A stretch of DNA of 63,994 bases, counting the filler, from Choristocarpus tenellus KU-1152 (lineage: Eukaryota > Protista > Phaeophyceae): NCBI GenBank assembly GCA_964200185.2. It is 12 parts of 12 records of this genome, joined end to end, with 100 filler letters (N's around TTAATTAATTAA, not from the genome) between each part and the next. Parts side by side here need not be neighbours in the genome. Positions count along the whole stretch, not along the records: positions 25,427 to 30,453 come from CAXNAD020012124.1; positions 30,554 to 37,998 come from CAXNAD020006143.1; 10 more parts are not named here. One strand, written 5' to 3'. Numbering within the stretch: position 1 is the first letter of the stretch; every line of letters begins with the position of its first letter. The notes beneath the pieces are model-generated. The model worked only from the letters and a program-made list of their open reading frames with translations, searched no databases and was not told where the DNA came from. Position numbers and translations under genes: made by a program. Positions 25,567 to 37,998 of the stretch are shown here, one piece after another.

Positions 25567-28500
25567 ATCTCTGCCTAGTACTCCTTCAGGTCTTGCAGCG
25601 TAAATCAGCAGGCACTATAGCGTCAGTGATCTCGCCCATTGTCGACCGTTTTCGGTTTCCAATTACTCCCGATAGCCTATTTTCGGTTGGTAGCTCACAT
25701 GCTGACCAAGTCTTCTTTGGGAGGAATAAGGTGGACGTTGGCTCCCAACTCAGGACATATCGATTTCTCAGTCACACAAGAAGATGAGCATCCTGCTCTA
25801 ATCCCAAACCTTTTCAACTGCTGTCACCTTCAATGTAGTGAAGAAGGTCACCTGATCCCTCACCCCTATTACTCCTGTCCCCCCACTGTAATAGCCCGAT
25901 GTTCCGTTCTTTGCAATACTTCATGCACAGTCAATACCCCATCCTGTACACCTTGGTCTGAAGGCGGGTAGTTCTACGTGGAAGCCTTCCTTTATGTCCT
26001 CTATGGAATCAGTCCAATTCCAACAATGCTCCCCCTGCCGTCCAGGTTGCCCTCATTCCGGTATCTTCCGCCACAAAGCCACCACTGACCCCTTCTTTGC
26101 TTGGATGAGGACAAACCACGCAAATTTATTCCGCTTGATTTACGTCTCATACACCACATGTTCAACTGCTTTATCGGGAATGTGACAATCGAAGCACGAC
26201 CTATTCATCTCGTGACACCCATTCAGAAACACAGTGCCACAAATCCATGGAGGTAGTGTCCCACCGACATCCATGCTCTAGTGAAGGTTGGTGGTCCAGG
26301 CATGATGGTAGGATTAAGTAGCGACATTTTGGTGCTCACGGCAAGGTCAAAGTATGCAAGAGGTATGCTGTTGTAGGTTCCTGATTGATTTATTGATTAC
26401 TACACATCAGTTCGGAGTATGTTGTTGTGATGCTTAAAAGGAATAAAAACAATTGGCAGACAATGTCAAGGAGAGAGAAGCAATATACCACATACTCGAT
26501 CCCACCCATAGTCAGAAAGGGAACGCAAAAGAGGGAAATATAAATATAGAACTTGTCTGACAAAAAAAAGAACAAATCAGATCGATCAGTGAAGTAAGTC
26601 CAGAGAGAGAGAAGAAAATATATAGAAATAGTAGCTCTAAGAAAACATATCAATACTATGTATGAGTCAATATCACAAACTTAAGAAAATACTTCATAGA
26701 AAGAAAACACAATTCAAGGATCACCTCCAGCATCAAGGACCGTAATTGGTTCAAGAGGAAGCGCATATCCATATGCACTTCAGAGGATCGGTCAAGTCCT
26801 TACAACCGCTAGATACAACCTACTACCATCAACACCAAGAAGAAGAGTATCTTAGATTATGCAAAGGAAGTCAGACCAGACCCCTTCCCCTCCAAAGAAG
26901 AGAAGAAGCTCTGCAGGAAATAACATCACACATGGGTTGTGGCCAAGGCGACTTTTGCGTGACAGGCTGTGGGTGCTTCAACCTCAGTGTTATGAATGCC
27001 AAGTATCCATGAATGAAGTATTTAACACCATCCTCTACACATCCATGCCACCTGTTCGAGGCCTGAAAGAGAAACCCACTGGTCAGGTGTGATGTTGAAT
27101 GCCATCAGGTCATCTTCGAGGTGCCACCATCAGATTTTCTTCGGACCTCCCTTCTCCCTTCTTGATTTCTGAGCTTGAGTTCTCTATGTGACCATGAATG
27201 GGATTCTAACTACCCTTGACACCCTGTCTGTCCCCTTCAAGACGTATCTGACTAATAAGCCCCAAAACACGTCTTATGGCACGAAATTCAATATAAAATT
27301 TGTGCCAAGCCAAAACGAGTCCCCTGTGTCTTGCTCACGAAAGTGGATTATTACCTAGCTCCAGTTGCCCCAACGAGAGACCCGGCATGCTGAAAATGGT
27401 TCGACCACTTGCTCATCAAAGTTGACCCCACCTTTGGAGAATAGCCACCACACGGTTGGATCCCCTTCTTGGGGAAAGTAACCTACCTATGCCCCTCTTC
27501 AAAAAAATGGGTAGGAGCTCCCTGCTAGTCCGACCTTCTCATATAATCTGCCCCTAACAGCTATTCCCCAAATTAAACCTCTTGCACCATGAAATGACCG
27601 TCGGTAACTCCCACCACCCTATCATTTTTGCAAGTAATTCAAAGTCGCTAATTCCTCCTTACTGTTGTATCTTTGTTTGCCCCTTCGCCAAGTGCTAAAA
27701 ACTCTGAAATCTCTCCTCAATTGCTTTATCCCCTCCTTCACTCTCTTCTTGAGCCAAGTCCCTCTACTCGCCTTTGTCGTAAATGTCTCCCCTGTCTCAG
27801 GTCTCTCCCACTTACTGCCAGGGTGCCGTCAGTAATCCCTCTTTCTAGTTGTTTGACTACAAGATCATAGTACATATTCTTCCTCCATTCTTTCCTAGAA
27901 GCACCTCCTACCAGGGTCTCAACGGGTTGGGTTGCATTTTTTTTTTTGTATTTCTTCATGTTTCCATGTTGAAATCCTGTCTGCTATGCACTTCAAATAT
28001 CTTTCAACATGCCAGCCTTGTGGTACCAACCCCCTTGTGTTTCTAGGGATCCTACAAATTTCATTATCGATCCTTCCTGTTATCTTTAACCCCCTCATAT
28101 TTATCAATCCATGGATCAAGAATCACTTTTTCTCCCGTCATTGGTACCAGTTCTCCTCGTTCTGTCATATCAACATATCTCTTAGACCCATTACCATGAC
28201 CTAACCTATTGTATTGTCATCCAAAATGATTCCAGAACATTCATTGAAAATTCTTCACATTCGACTTTTTGTCTGAAGACTCGTACCTCCACCAAGCACC
28301 CAACTCTGGAACAGTAATATCTCATGGCCTTTCAACACGCGTCAGACCCCCAGTGTCTCTTTGGATATCTCTCGATGTTTGATAAAACGGAAGCTGATAA
28401 CACCTTTCCTTTCTCCAATTATTCCAGATTGCCAAATGCAAACTGCCACCATTCTACGCATCCCAGGAATTTTTGGTAAATTTCACAGCCTTTCCCCTCC

Positions 28501-28689
28501 ACTTACTTTGTCCCTAAAATATTTTCCCTGTGTCCTGTTAACCTGAGGAGTCGCCATACAAAATACCTTCCCATCCGCACTACATTTGCTGCAAACCATA
28601 GGTTTCCTGCTAGCTCCAACACTTCTCTTCCTGCAACCTCTTTTGTCAAATCTGGGCAGTTTCGTATCAATGACCACTTTTAACGTTTT

Positions 28690-29007
28690 GGCTCACCTGG
28701 GGGTGTGTGCTGGCTGTCCATCTGGGGTCAATTTTTTCATGTTGCGATTGTTGTGTGATTTGGTTCTATACGTCGGATGGATAATGAAAGTGCACTTTTG
28801 CTGGTCATGACCCAAATGGACACCCTGGAGTAGACCCCCCCCCCCCCCCCCCCCCCCCCCTCTGCCTTTTGCCCGGGGGTTGTTTCTTTTTCTTCTTCTG
28901 CCCCCTCATAAAAAACCAAAAANNNNNNNNNNTGCACTTTTGCTGGTCATGACCCAAATGGACACCCTGGAGTAGACCCCCCCCCCCTCCCCCTGATACT
29001 TTGGGTC
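28690..29007. mobile_element. MITE family A spanning an assembly gap
   Basis: The interior is colinear with 29970-30144. The left TIR is partly deleted (ggctca-cctggggg) and the right end is gatactttgggtc. 28933-28990 re-reads sequence from before the N gap. Confidence 0.78.
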
Positions 29008-29969
29008 TTTGCAGGTGGAATTTCTACTCGCATATTACGCACATTCAGAAATGAGACCTAAAATTACCATCGTAATCACAGCATCTTTTGAATTCAGCAC
29101 AGCATGTTGAAACCCAAGGTGACATCTCCTAGAAAGTGAACGATTTGACCATCCAGTTCTGTGGGAGAAAACAAATTGGATTCTTCTCATGCGTGGCACA
29201 GTTTGACACTGGTGGGGAGGTTATTGAGATGAGACCCAAACTGGCACGATTTCATGTGTGTGAGCATGCTGTGTTAGGTTTTTCAAGTCGAGAAAGGGGA
29301 CCATATTATATTGTGCTTGTGCACCAGTCCCACTGTGTGGTGATTTTTATTTGTGTGCAGAGCAAATGTGTGGGATGTTTATGTACCACACCCTTTCCAC
29401 CCAATCCCAAGTTTGGGGATATCTTTTCTCAAATCATTGTTTGATGTGTGATACCTCCATGTTGTCTGTCTCTCTGTCTGCAATTGTATAGCGTTGTAGC
29501 AGAAAAGCCTCTATAACAAGCACTGCACAATGTCAGGGGCACGGACACCATGGAAGCTAACTTGGAAAGGGCCCACATTCACACAGAAAAGAATAAACTG
29601 GCCATGTAGGGCATACTCACAATTCTTAAAAACACAATTACTACCTGCGCTCAATCACCCTCCAATTTCATTGTGCTCTTTATCAACATACCACTCCTTG
29701 CCCTGTTGAAGGGCAAGACCTCCCCAATGGGTCACTACTGTTGAGTGATCCCACAGACTGGATTTCCTCCCCACTCACCTTCCAAGGAAGGCATTAGAGT
29801 TTCATTTTGCGCAACATCCAGATGATTTTACACAATCAATTTTGCCTGCAAAGCATGTCAATGATTTATCCTACCTCTTGGCCCCTGCCACAAGTATCTG
29901 GACAAGTTGCTCGCATCTTTTACAAAAAAATAAGAAACAAGGAAGGCAAGAAAAGAACACTTCCAACGA

Positions 29970-30144
29970 GGCTCAAAGTATCTGGGGGGAATGCCGGCTG
30001 TCCATTTGGGGCCCATTATTCCATGTTGCCATTTTGGGGTGAATTTGGTTGCATGCGCCAGATGGATAATGTAAGCACACTTCTCCTGGTCAGTGCCCGA
30101 ATGGACACCCTGGTATAGACACCCCCCCCCAGATACTTTGAGCC
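29970..30144. mobile_element. MITE family A, complete (175 bp), 4-bp TSD ACGA
   Basis: Perfect TIRs ggctcaaagtatctggggg / cccccagatactttgagcc. ACGA at 29966-29969 and 30145-30148. Confidence 0.94.
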
Positions 30145-31699
30145 ACGACCACACACAAAGCATGGTGATCTATCAGTTTTGGACACCATGTGTGTCAAGA
30201 ATATGCTTTTTATTCTTGTGTATAAGTATATTCTGCAAGAAATCATCAGATGATGGAATAGCACATATTCTTATTCTGAAGAATAGAAGATAGGTATGCA
30301 CCAGTGAACTAGAATATAGAAGAGCTCAGGAATAGGAGACATTGTAGCAACTAATCTGTGGACCACTAACCACAGAATATGGCTAATTTGGCGGCAAGGA
30401 CCCCCCCCCCCCCTTCAGGCTTGAAGGCTCACTCCTCGTTTCTTTTTCCTCACNNNNNNNNNNNNNNNNNNNNNNNNNNNNNNNNNNNNNNNNNNNNTTA
30501 ATTAATTAANNNNNNNNNNNNNNNNNNNNNNNNNNNNNNNNNNNNNNNNNNNNTGAGGAACATAGTTATAAAGTTGAAAAATGGATTTTGTTGGAAGGGG
30601 GGGTGGGGGTGGTGACACCTGGAGTTCAGATTCGAAGGGGGGAGGGGGGCGCCTGTCGAGAGACTATTGTCCATTTTTCCTTTGAAGTGAAGTTTGGGTA
30701 TTGCAAACTCTCTGCTTGTTGTGCTCTTGATCAGTGTTGACACAAGCAAGCAGCATTCATGGTAATCGATAGGCTTGGAGTTGAAGGGGGGTATTGAGCG
30801 GGAGGAGGCACCCTATTGGTCCCCACAGTGGTTGCCACATCAAGCCTTTGTTCCCCTGGGAATGCCAACATACCCCTTTGGCTACCTTAACCGTACCAGC
30901 ACCTTCTCGTTCCTAACCTATGGAACCCCGAAAAATTATAAGAATACTTGTTTTGTAGTGAAGTTTTGCCAGCAACCCCCTAAATTATTGAGTTGAGAAT
31001 AGACACATTGTGTTCTGCTCATTTGTGGATTAACCCAGTAAGGGGGGACGTTACCCCTGGGAGTGCAGCATTGTGTCGAGTGTATACCTGCTAACGGCTT
31101 CAGTATTGTTCGTTGGGGTGATACAGAGATTTTATTTGTACCTATGATAGCTTTTCTCTCATAATTCAGGGATACTATGCCACAATGTCCCATGAGAGTT
31201 AGTGTAGGGGCGTAGCAACATATGTCGTCACTGAAGAAGGCAGAATTTTGTGTCTCCGGAAATGCAGAGAAGTGGAATGTGCCACTTTGTTGATGGGCGA
31301 TGGGAGGAGGGTGTTTTAGCTGTATAATAGTTGCTCTTGGTTTTGTGATAGAATGGTGTTCATTGTATGTCATCTCTGTTGTTGTGTTGCGTATATGCGC
31401 CAATGAGCTTGCATGTGGCTCTTGTTGAAGTAAGTTCCATTCTATGTACTTGTCTGGTTGTCCTTGGTGTGTGCGATTCTGTGATGCGGTTCCGTCAAGA
31501 ACCAAGACCCTCTAGACACAGGACTGTCAGTTCTTCTTCTAGCCTATATGACTTTTGGCGGTGAATTTCCAGAGCAGATACAGTGGTAACTGCTAAGCCC
31601 TTCCTTGTTAATCATACTCTCTGTACGTGTGTCTTCCGACAGGATTGGGTCTATTGGTCTGATAGTAAGAGGTGCCTTGCAGATGGATGCGGGGTAACA

Positions 31700-32295
31700 C
31701 CTCAGTCCACCGCACATTGAGATCAGATAAATACGGAGCAACTACAACTATGCTAGATAATAGTTGCTCAGAGGTGATGCTGAAATTTTGTACAAGCTCT
31801 AAGTATATTACTTCATTATATGCAGGGTACTGTACTATAATAGGATGTACTGTACGGAATACTTGAATACATTCAAGAAGGGGGGACGACTTGTAGGCAT
31901 TGTGTTTTGCATGAGACGCTGGGGTGATCAACGAAGAGTTCAGAGGACAATGTGGTGGTCCCAATCGTTCCCATCTCTGGGATGACTCTGCTGTGTACGA
32001 AGCTTTTGCCAAGGGCAAGTTTAAGCTCTTTGTAAGCGCTTCTGGGTCTACAACCCTAGGGAACCATCACTTGAAGCAAGTCTTGAGGGAAGCAGCGACA
32101 CCTATTATTGCAAGGAGGTGAAATGTTCGAGACTGATGGAGGATTACTTTCGCAATGCCCCAGCTATTGATGTTCATAATCATCACAGGCAGTCAGTCCT
32201 TCCTTCGTCCGGAGGAGGCATGGTGGGAAAAGTCCTGGAGCCACCGTGTATTTGCCAGTGTTGGGGATGACTAGTATAGATGCATATCTGTCTTA
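31700..32295 (+). pseudogene. Degenerate piggyBac-like (DDE_Tnp_1_7-type) transposase relic
   Basis: Allowing frameshifts, 32141-32290 reads DYFRNAPAIDVHNHHRQS...EEAWWEKSWSHRVFAS...GMTSIDAYL. This resembles the piggyBac third-Asp region (Y...VD..n..RQ...E..W....W..RvF.....vdAyl). KYGATTT lies upstream. Confidence 0.55.
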
Positions 32296-35107
32296 GAACA
32301 GGTGGAAAGAGGATACATCATCACACTAGACTTTCACCAAGCATGTTGCATATTCATTGCTCGTATTAGGGAACAATGGCAGGTACAACCCTAATCCTAG
32401 GTGTGAACACCACCTTATAGCCATATCTGACTATCCATAGTACCAGAATATTACTGCAAGTAGGGATAATAACACAATTTGTTGTAAGTACACACGCACC
32501 CTTCCATTCTGTCTAAAGAACGTCTCAACGAAAAAAGGTATGGCGTCGAAAGGGTTCGAACTTGAGAAATGCTTGCTGGAATTAGTGAAATGGTTATATT
32601 CTACCACCATATATATAGATAATTTGGATGGTTGTGAAGGGTGGGTAGTAAAGGGATTGAAAATGTTGCGAGTATATTATGGGAGGTCCGAAATGCAAAA
32701 AAGCACAAAGAGCTGCATTTTTACCATTTAATACGGTGGAATAGAAGAAACACAAAACCACACCAAAACTCCCCTAATTCCATGTGATTCCTTCAATCCT
32801 CTGGTAGAACCAAACCATCGGAGAGGTAGGCAGGTTTGGACCCCTTTGCATTCTAAGTCATTTTTCTTTCATCGCGTAAGACACTCTATTCCATCATTTT
32901 ATGTGCACAATAATAGCGTACGCAAAATTGATATTCCCCCCTCTTTCCAAACACAAATCGACACCACGATTCTGAATGAAGACTCTTCCTGCAATTATTG
33001 TACATAATAGGGCATTTTCGCCCTTTCTCGGGATCCTTAAAATGCAACCCTGCTTGCCCCTCAATTGTTTTGATTCAGACTATGTTGTTGCCGTGTTGTA
33101 TCCTTTGCCTTACGTGTTTCTTCTTGTTCCCTCCACGACAGCACCTCCAAAATGCCAGGAGGCACAATTATAATAAAATGTGCTGAGAATTTTGGACCGA
33201 ACATATTTTGAAGTATTCAAATTGAGAACAGTCCACTCCGAGAATTCTTTTCAATAGTGTGAACCACATACTTGGAGAAACAAAATTATGTGATTATTTG
33301 TCTGTTAAGCCCTCCAATCGAGAATGCTTTGATAGGGAAGTCATTGAGCCTATCCAGGTTTGATGTAAAGAACAGAGATACACTAAAATACCAATCAGAA
33401 GCCCGTTTGGCATGATCGGTTTTTGTTCTTGATTAACTGATCCCATGTCACATCATGGAGTCAGTGCCTGTGTTTTATTTGACGCCCCTTTCAGAGGAGA
33501 CGTGGAAGGATGGTGCACATGATCGATAAAGTTATCAGAGCTGAACTTATCTCTTGTGTAATCATGTCATACCCCTGACAACACAACCTTAACCCTACAG
33601 TAAATTCAAACACTGCTCTAAGACAGCGTTTCATCATATGAAGCAGTGCAATGAAAGAATACTCTTTGAATCCTATTATCTAAGAGAAAATTGATGGTGA
33701 CATTGCTTCACAACGCCCAACACAATCTTTCCTCCGGAACAGTTGACACTGCAGCCTACTATCTACTTCATGGTTGAAGCGATTTCTGGCAATGTTGTTT
33801 TTCATCCAGATGTTTCCTTCCTTGAATCTGAGACTTGATTAGAGATCTGTAAGTCAAGACGATAGCTCAAAATTTATTGCCTTGCAGATGAATTAATCGC
33901 AGGAGCACTTTTCATCCTCTCATTGAATCCAACACAGTGTGCACTGTCTGATACTACTCCAAAGTAAATAATTACTGACATTAATTTTGATGTGTACCCC
34001 GATGATCAAAGATGGCAAATGATCGCTATTGAAACCCTCTTCACAGTGTGGTCTGTCCACTATATCGTCGATATTGAACCAAAAACATCAATGCCAATGA
34101 AGTATGGGGTGGAGGATATACTATGAAAAAAAAAAGGAAGCAAATTACTTTCTGCCAAACATTCAAAATTGTGTTGTCAGGAAACTCTTTTCACGATATG
34201 GAGAAAACATCCTCCCCATTCAAACATATTTTGTTGACCCATGGATAACAGTCAACCGAACCTGCAATCGCTGTGATTCTTCAACAAAAAAGCAAAGACT
34301 TTACTAGTGGACATATAGTATATTTTCCTGGGAATACTCTCATCTTTGTGGCAAGAAGACATCAAATATTCAGAATGTCCATCAACTGCCATCTTTGGCA
34401 AATGTAGCTTCTTGGAGGACAGACCCAGAAAGTGTGCCATATCTTTTATCAGTCCTCTGCTTGTGCAGGCACCACCTACCGAGCAGTCAGCCTTGTTTGA
34501 TCCACCGAATCAATTCCACCTACTCGATTCTTAGAGGCTCTGACACACTCACTCACTACAGAATACGATTTGTATATTCAGCAGCACACGATTTTGGTGC
34601 TTTCAATAGGGCAAACAAAAATGTGTGACTGCAGTGTTTAAGCGTGCACGTTGTCAGGCAAAATGCTGCTTGAACCAATAATAATAATCATACACTTTAG
34701 TTGAATATTTGTGGTACATAGCAGAGCACTCTGACACCCCCTGGAGACACCCAGATGGTCAGTCATCCCACCCCCCTATTGTAAAATCGCTAGGTCTTGA
34801 TTTGTCGTTCAATACAGGTGGGGTTCATTCCAATTTCTTCCTGGATGAATTTAAACACAAAATCAGGCATGATGACTGGAAGCGTCTTGAGGATCACGTT
34901 ATAGAACAATATTTACAATTAAATCCCGTCCAAACACATTCAACCACTACAGCTCTCCACACCTACTACTAAGGAAAGTCTCCACTAGACTTTCCATTGG
35001 TAAATAATAAAGTATAACCCTTTAGGTTGTAAATCGGAAGGTGGAAGTAGAAAGAGGATCTTTCACTTTCTTGGTAGGCTACATGCAACCAACGCACTTG
35101 ACAAATA

Positions 35108-36977
35108 CTAGTCACTATCTGAAAATAGCATGTCCAGTACCATGACCCCCAAGGTCATCATAGTCAGAACAGCCAGTAGAAACGTGGCATGTCTCACAGC
35201 ACTATTGACAAGAAGTTCCGGTTTCTTTTTCGTGTCTTGTACTATGAGCTGTGCAGCATCTTCAAACCTGTTCAGGCATGATGGTTACCAATGAGAACAG
35301 GTGAGGAACCAAATATGGGAAAAGAACTGATCAGTAAAGTATACGTTTCAGTTTAATAAGCTATCGCAGTAGCATGGTGCAGATAAGTAACCATATCATG
35401 GAAAAGGGACTGATCAGTGAAGTATACATTTCATTTCAGTAAGCTATCGCAGTAGCATGGTGTACCACTATGACCACGTGTTGGGTTACACAAGGTACTT
35501 TACGGACTCAATCTCGCAACTTAGCAATGCATGGGAATAATTGTTGTCATGTGGCACATAGTCACAGGGGAACTTGACTATGGCATGGTACAGAGCAGAA
35601 CTGCAGTGCGGGGACTATTCCATGACATGCTCTGGTAAGGAATAACATGCATCCATCTTCTATGGTATGGTAACATCAGCCATGTTGGCCTCCTTCATGG
35701 CGGATCTACCATTTGAACTACATTCTGGGTATCCCGGGGCATATTCCAGGTACCCCCTTCAAAAATCAGTGGTCAGCAGGGTGGTATGGTGGAACAAGGA
35801 AAACTATGATAGCGTGGAGCCTGGCCACCACACCATCAATTTCCAAAGCACCTTCTGCAAACCAGTCACAACCTTGCACTTTTCGGAAAGAATCACATTT
35901 GAGAATGGATTTTAAACATACACGACCGTAAAACATCAGACTTTCACATTACAGCGGTAGATGAAGAACAAAAAATTTTCCATGGTATCATTCAGCAGTG
36001 GCTACCATATTTGGTCGTTCCAATGTGAACACTGATTGAGCAATACTGACGATTGGAGGGAAAAGATAGGGCATTTACAGAGGTCTGACGTACCGAGAAA
36101 CATCAAAGGGCACGACATTACAAGTTCCACATACCACTACCTGATTTCACTTCACCATCATCATGGACCACTTGGTTATGTAATGAAATGCTGTACTAAA
36201 GGCAGTATACAACTAAAGCACATAGTCAGGAACATGCTTGGCAACTCTCCTAGGAGATAAATAAGGACATTAAACCCCTATGAAAATCCCCAAGTTGCAA
36301 TACTGGGATTCACACACACCGTAGGTGCAAACTATACAAATGATGCAGAGGAGGAAAAATGCCACAACCCGCAAGCAATCGAGAAAAAACACCGCCAGCA
36401 CACAACGAGGTGCAATCCTCTCCTGAACTCTCGCATGACAAGAAACAACTAACTAGGCTGGGTTATCTTACCTTTTCAGTCCAAGGAAGATAACGAAGGG
36501 ACAAAGTATGATATAAAGCATTCCTAGCGAAAAGAACAGCTCCGCTGGAGTTCTCGAGGCCTTGGACGCAAACCCGACGCCATTCAACCCGAGGGAAAAC
36601 ATCTTAGACCCCACTCGAACCCACGCCAGGTACGTACGCTCATTTGCAAGATGTGACAGAATCCGCTTGAGGTCTACCCACTCTGAACGTGTGGATTTCG
36701 GATCCGGCACCCCTTCCCATTCCCACGGCGCATCTCTCCGCCCTTCTAGCACCCGATCCAATGCGAGGAGGGGCCGGGACTCGTCGTTCTCAGGGTATGG
36801 CGGATCTTCGACAGGCTCTGATCTTCGGTGCAACCCCATATTGCTCTCTCTCATGGAAGATTCTTCTTCCCTTGAACTATTTGGAGAAGAAATCTCCAAG
36901 TGAACTATCATCCCATCGACTTCATCTCCTCCAGCATATAGATCGAAAGGAGTGCCCATTGGGGAAGACATGGACAT
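35108..36977 (-). CDS. DUF202 (YidH/VTC1-type) 3-TM membrane protein with a long disordered N-terminus; 2 exons, ~221 aa
   Basis: Exon 1 (36977-36472) carries the motif SHLANERTYLAWVR and two hydrophobic helices, and ends at a GTAAG donor. Exon 2 (35267-35108) follows a CAG acceptor and gives RFEDAAQLIVQDTKKKPELLVNSAVRHATFLLAVLTMMTLGVMVLDMLFSDSD-stop, the third TM helix. Total 666 nt. Confidence 0.9.
35313..35462. repeat. Intronic tandem duplication, ~80-bp period
   Basis: actgatcagt.aagtatac.tttca.tt.a.taagctatcgcagtagcatggtg is present twice. Confidence 0.85.
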
Positions 36978-37477
36978 TATGGCCTCGGGAGGCACGCCAA
37001 AAGCGAGTCGGATGCATGATCTAACGGAATCGCTACTCGCACCTTCGTACCTTTGAGGGTGGAGGAATAGTTTAGGAGGATAAGAGCAAGTTCGGGGCGT
37101 TCAGAGTAACGTAAGTTAGAGTCACTGAATTTCTTGTAGAAGTTCCCAAGGTAGTGAGTGCAGCAGGGTTGGTAGGTAGAGTTGAGGTTCAGCTCACCAA
37201 CACACATCTTGTTGCACACCATAGGTAGAAACCACTGTCACGTTTCTTCTCCTCATAGATGTGCTATCATCCAACAGGCTGTGTCAAGTCACAAAGTCAA
37301 GCGTCGGGTTTGTTGTTGGATATATCACTGTAACAACATCAAACACGCCTTTCCATGCTTCCAATTATGAGGGGATGGAATTCAATTTAACTAGACCCGT
37401 TCTCCCCAGAGGTCGATTGAGGGGGGTCAAAAGAGTCGAGACCAGCACTGCTATTTCTACTTGTCCCAAGAATAAGT

Positions 37478-37998
37478 ATGAATGATTGGACTGTAGACTT
37501 TACAGCAGGCTGGTGCTCGGGTGCCGTCAGTATCTTGGTCACTCAGGTATATTGTGATTGATCTCTTCTTCCCTGAGAGTTTCATGTTCTTCGCTGTGGC
37601 AAAGTTGCTTGGTTGGGTTGGAAATCAGACTGTTACTTTGTTTTGGCCATATGCCTCCTCTCTTAACCGCAATATCACACTCTCTGACTACCAGTACCTC
37701 TCCCCAAAGCCTCTCGACAGCGTGTTGGTCCGACTACAAACCCAGCCCAAGGTCGCTGGCATTTCGACAGGTGGGGTACGTTCTGCCGTCCGCGCCCTCG
37801 TGGCAGCAGGGGGGAGCAAGGCATTCTGGAGCGGATCCAGTCCCATGCTATGGAGTGTGCCAGTTCAAAATGCCCTCCTTTTTTCAGGTTATGGGGCTGG
37901 GCTTGGCTGGTGTGGACGACGTGAAGGGGGAGAGGGTGCTTCTGACCCCTCCCTGTGCCATGTGTTCGTGGGCGGTTGTGCAGGTGGATTGTCCCAAA
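37478..37998 (+). CDS. Mitochondrial carrier (SLC25; carnitine/basic amino acid carrier-like), 3' partial
   Basis: Exon 1 (37478-37546) MNDWTVDFTAGWCSGAVSILVTQ splices to exon 2 from 37710, PLDSVLVRLQTQ...KAFWSGSSPML...NALLFSGY...VFVGGCAGGLSQ. This matches the Px[DE]xx[KR]x[RK] signature, with L at the first K/R position. Confidence 0.9.

Noticed and set aside
25570-28680. Decayed coding-like stretches, including a Cys cluster (GCGQGDFCVTGCGC)
   Set aside because: Many stops and no motif I can assign with confidence; probably old TE debris.
28923-28990. Direct repeats flanking 10-N gaps (also 59575-59631)
   Set aside because: Most likely unmerged scaffold overlaps rather than real duplications.
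32800-34630. Possible plus-strand multi-exon gene (several AG/GT-bounded segments)
   Set aside because: I could not build a phase-consistent model or recognise a product.
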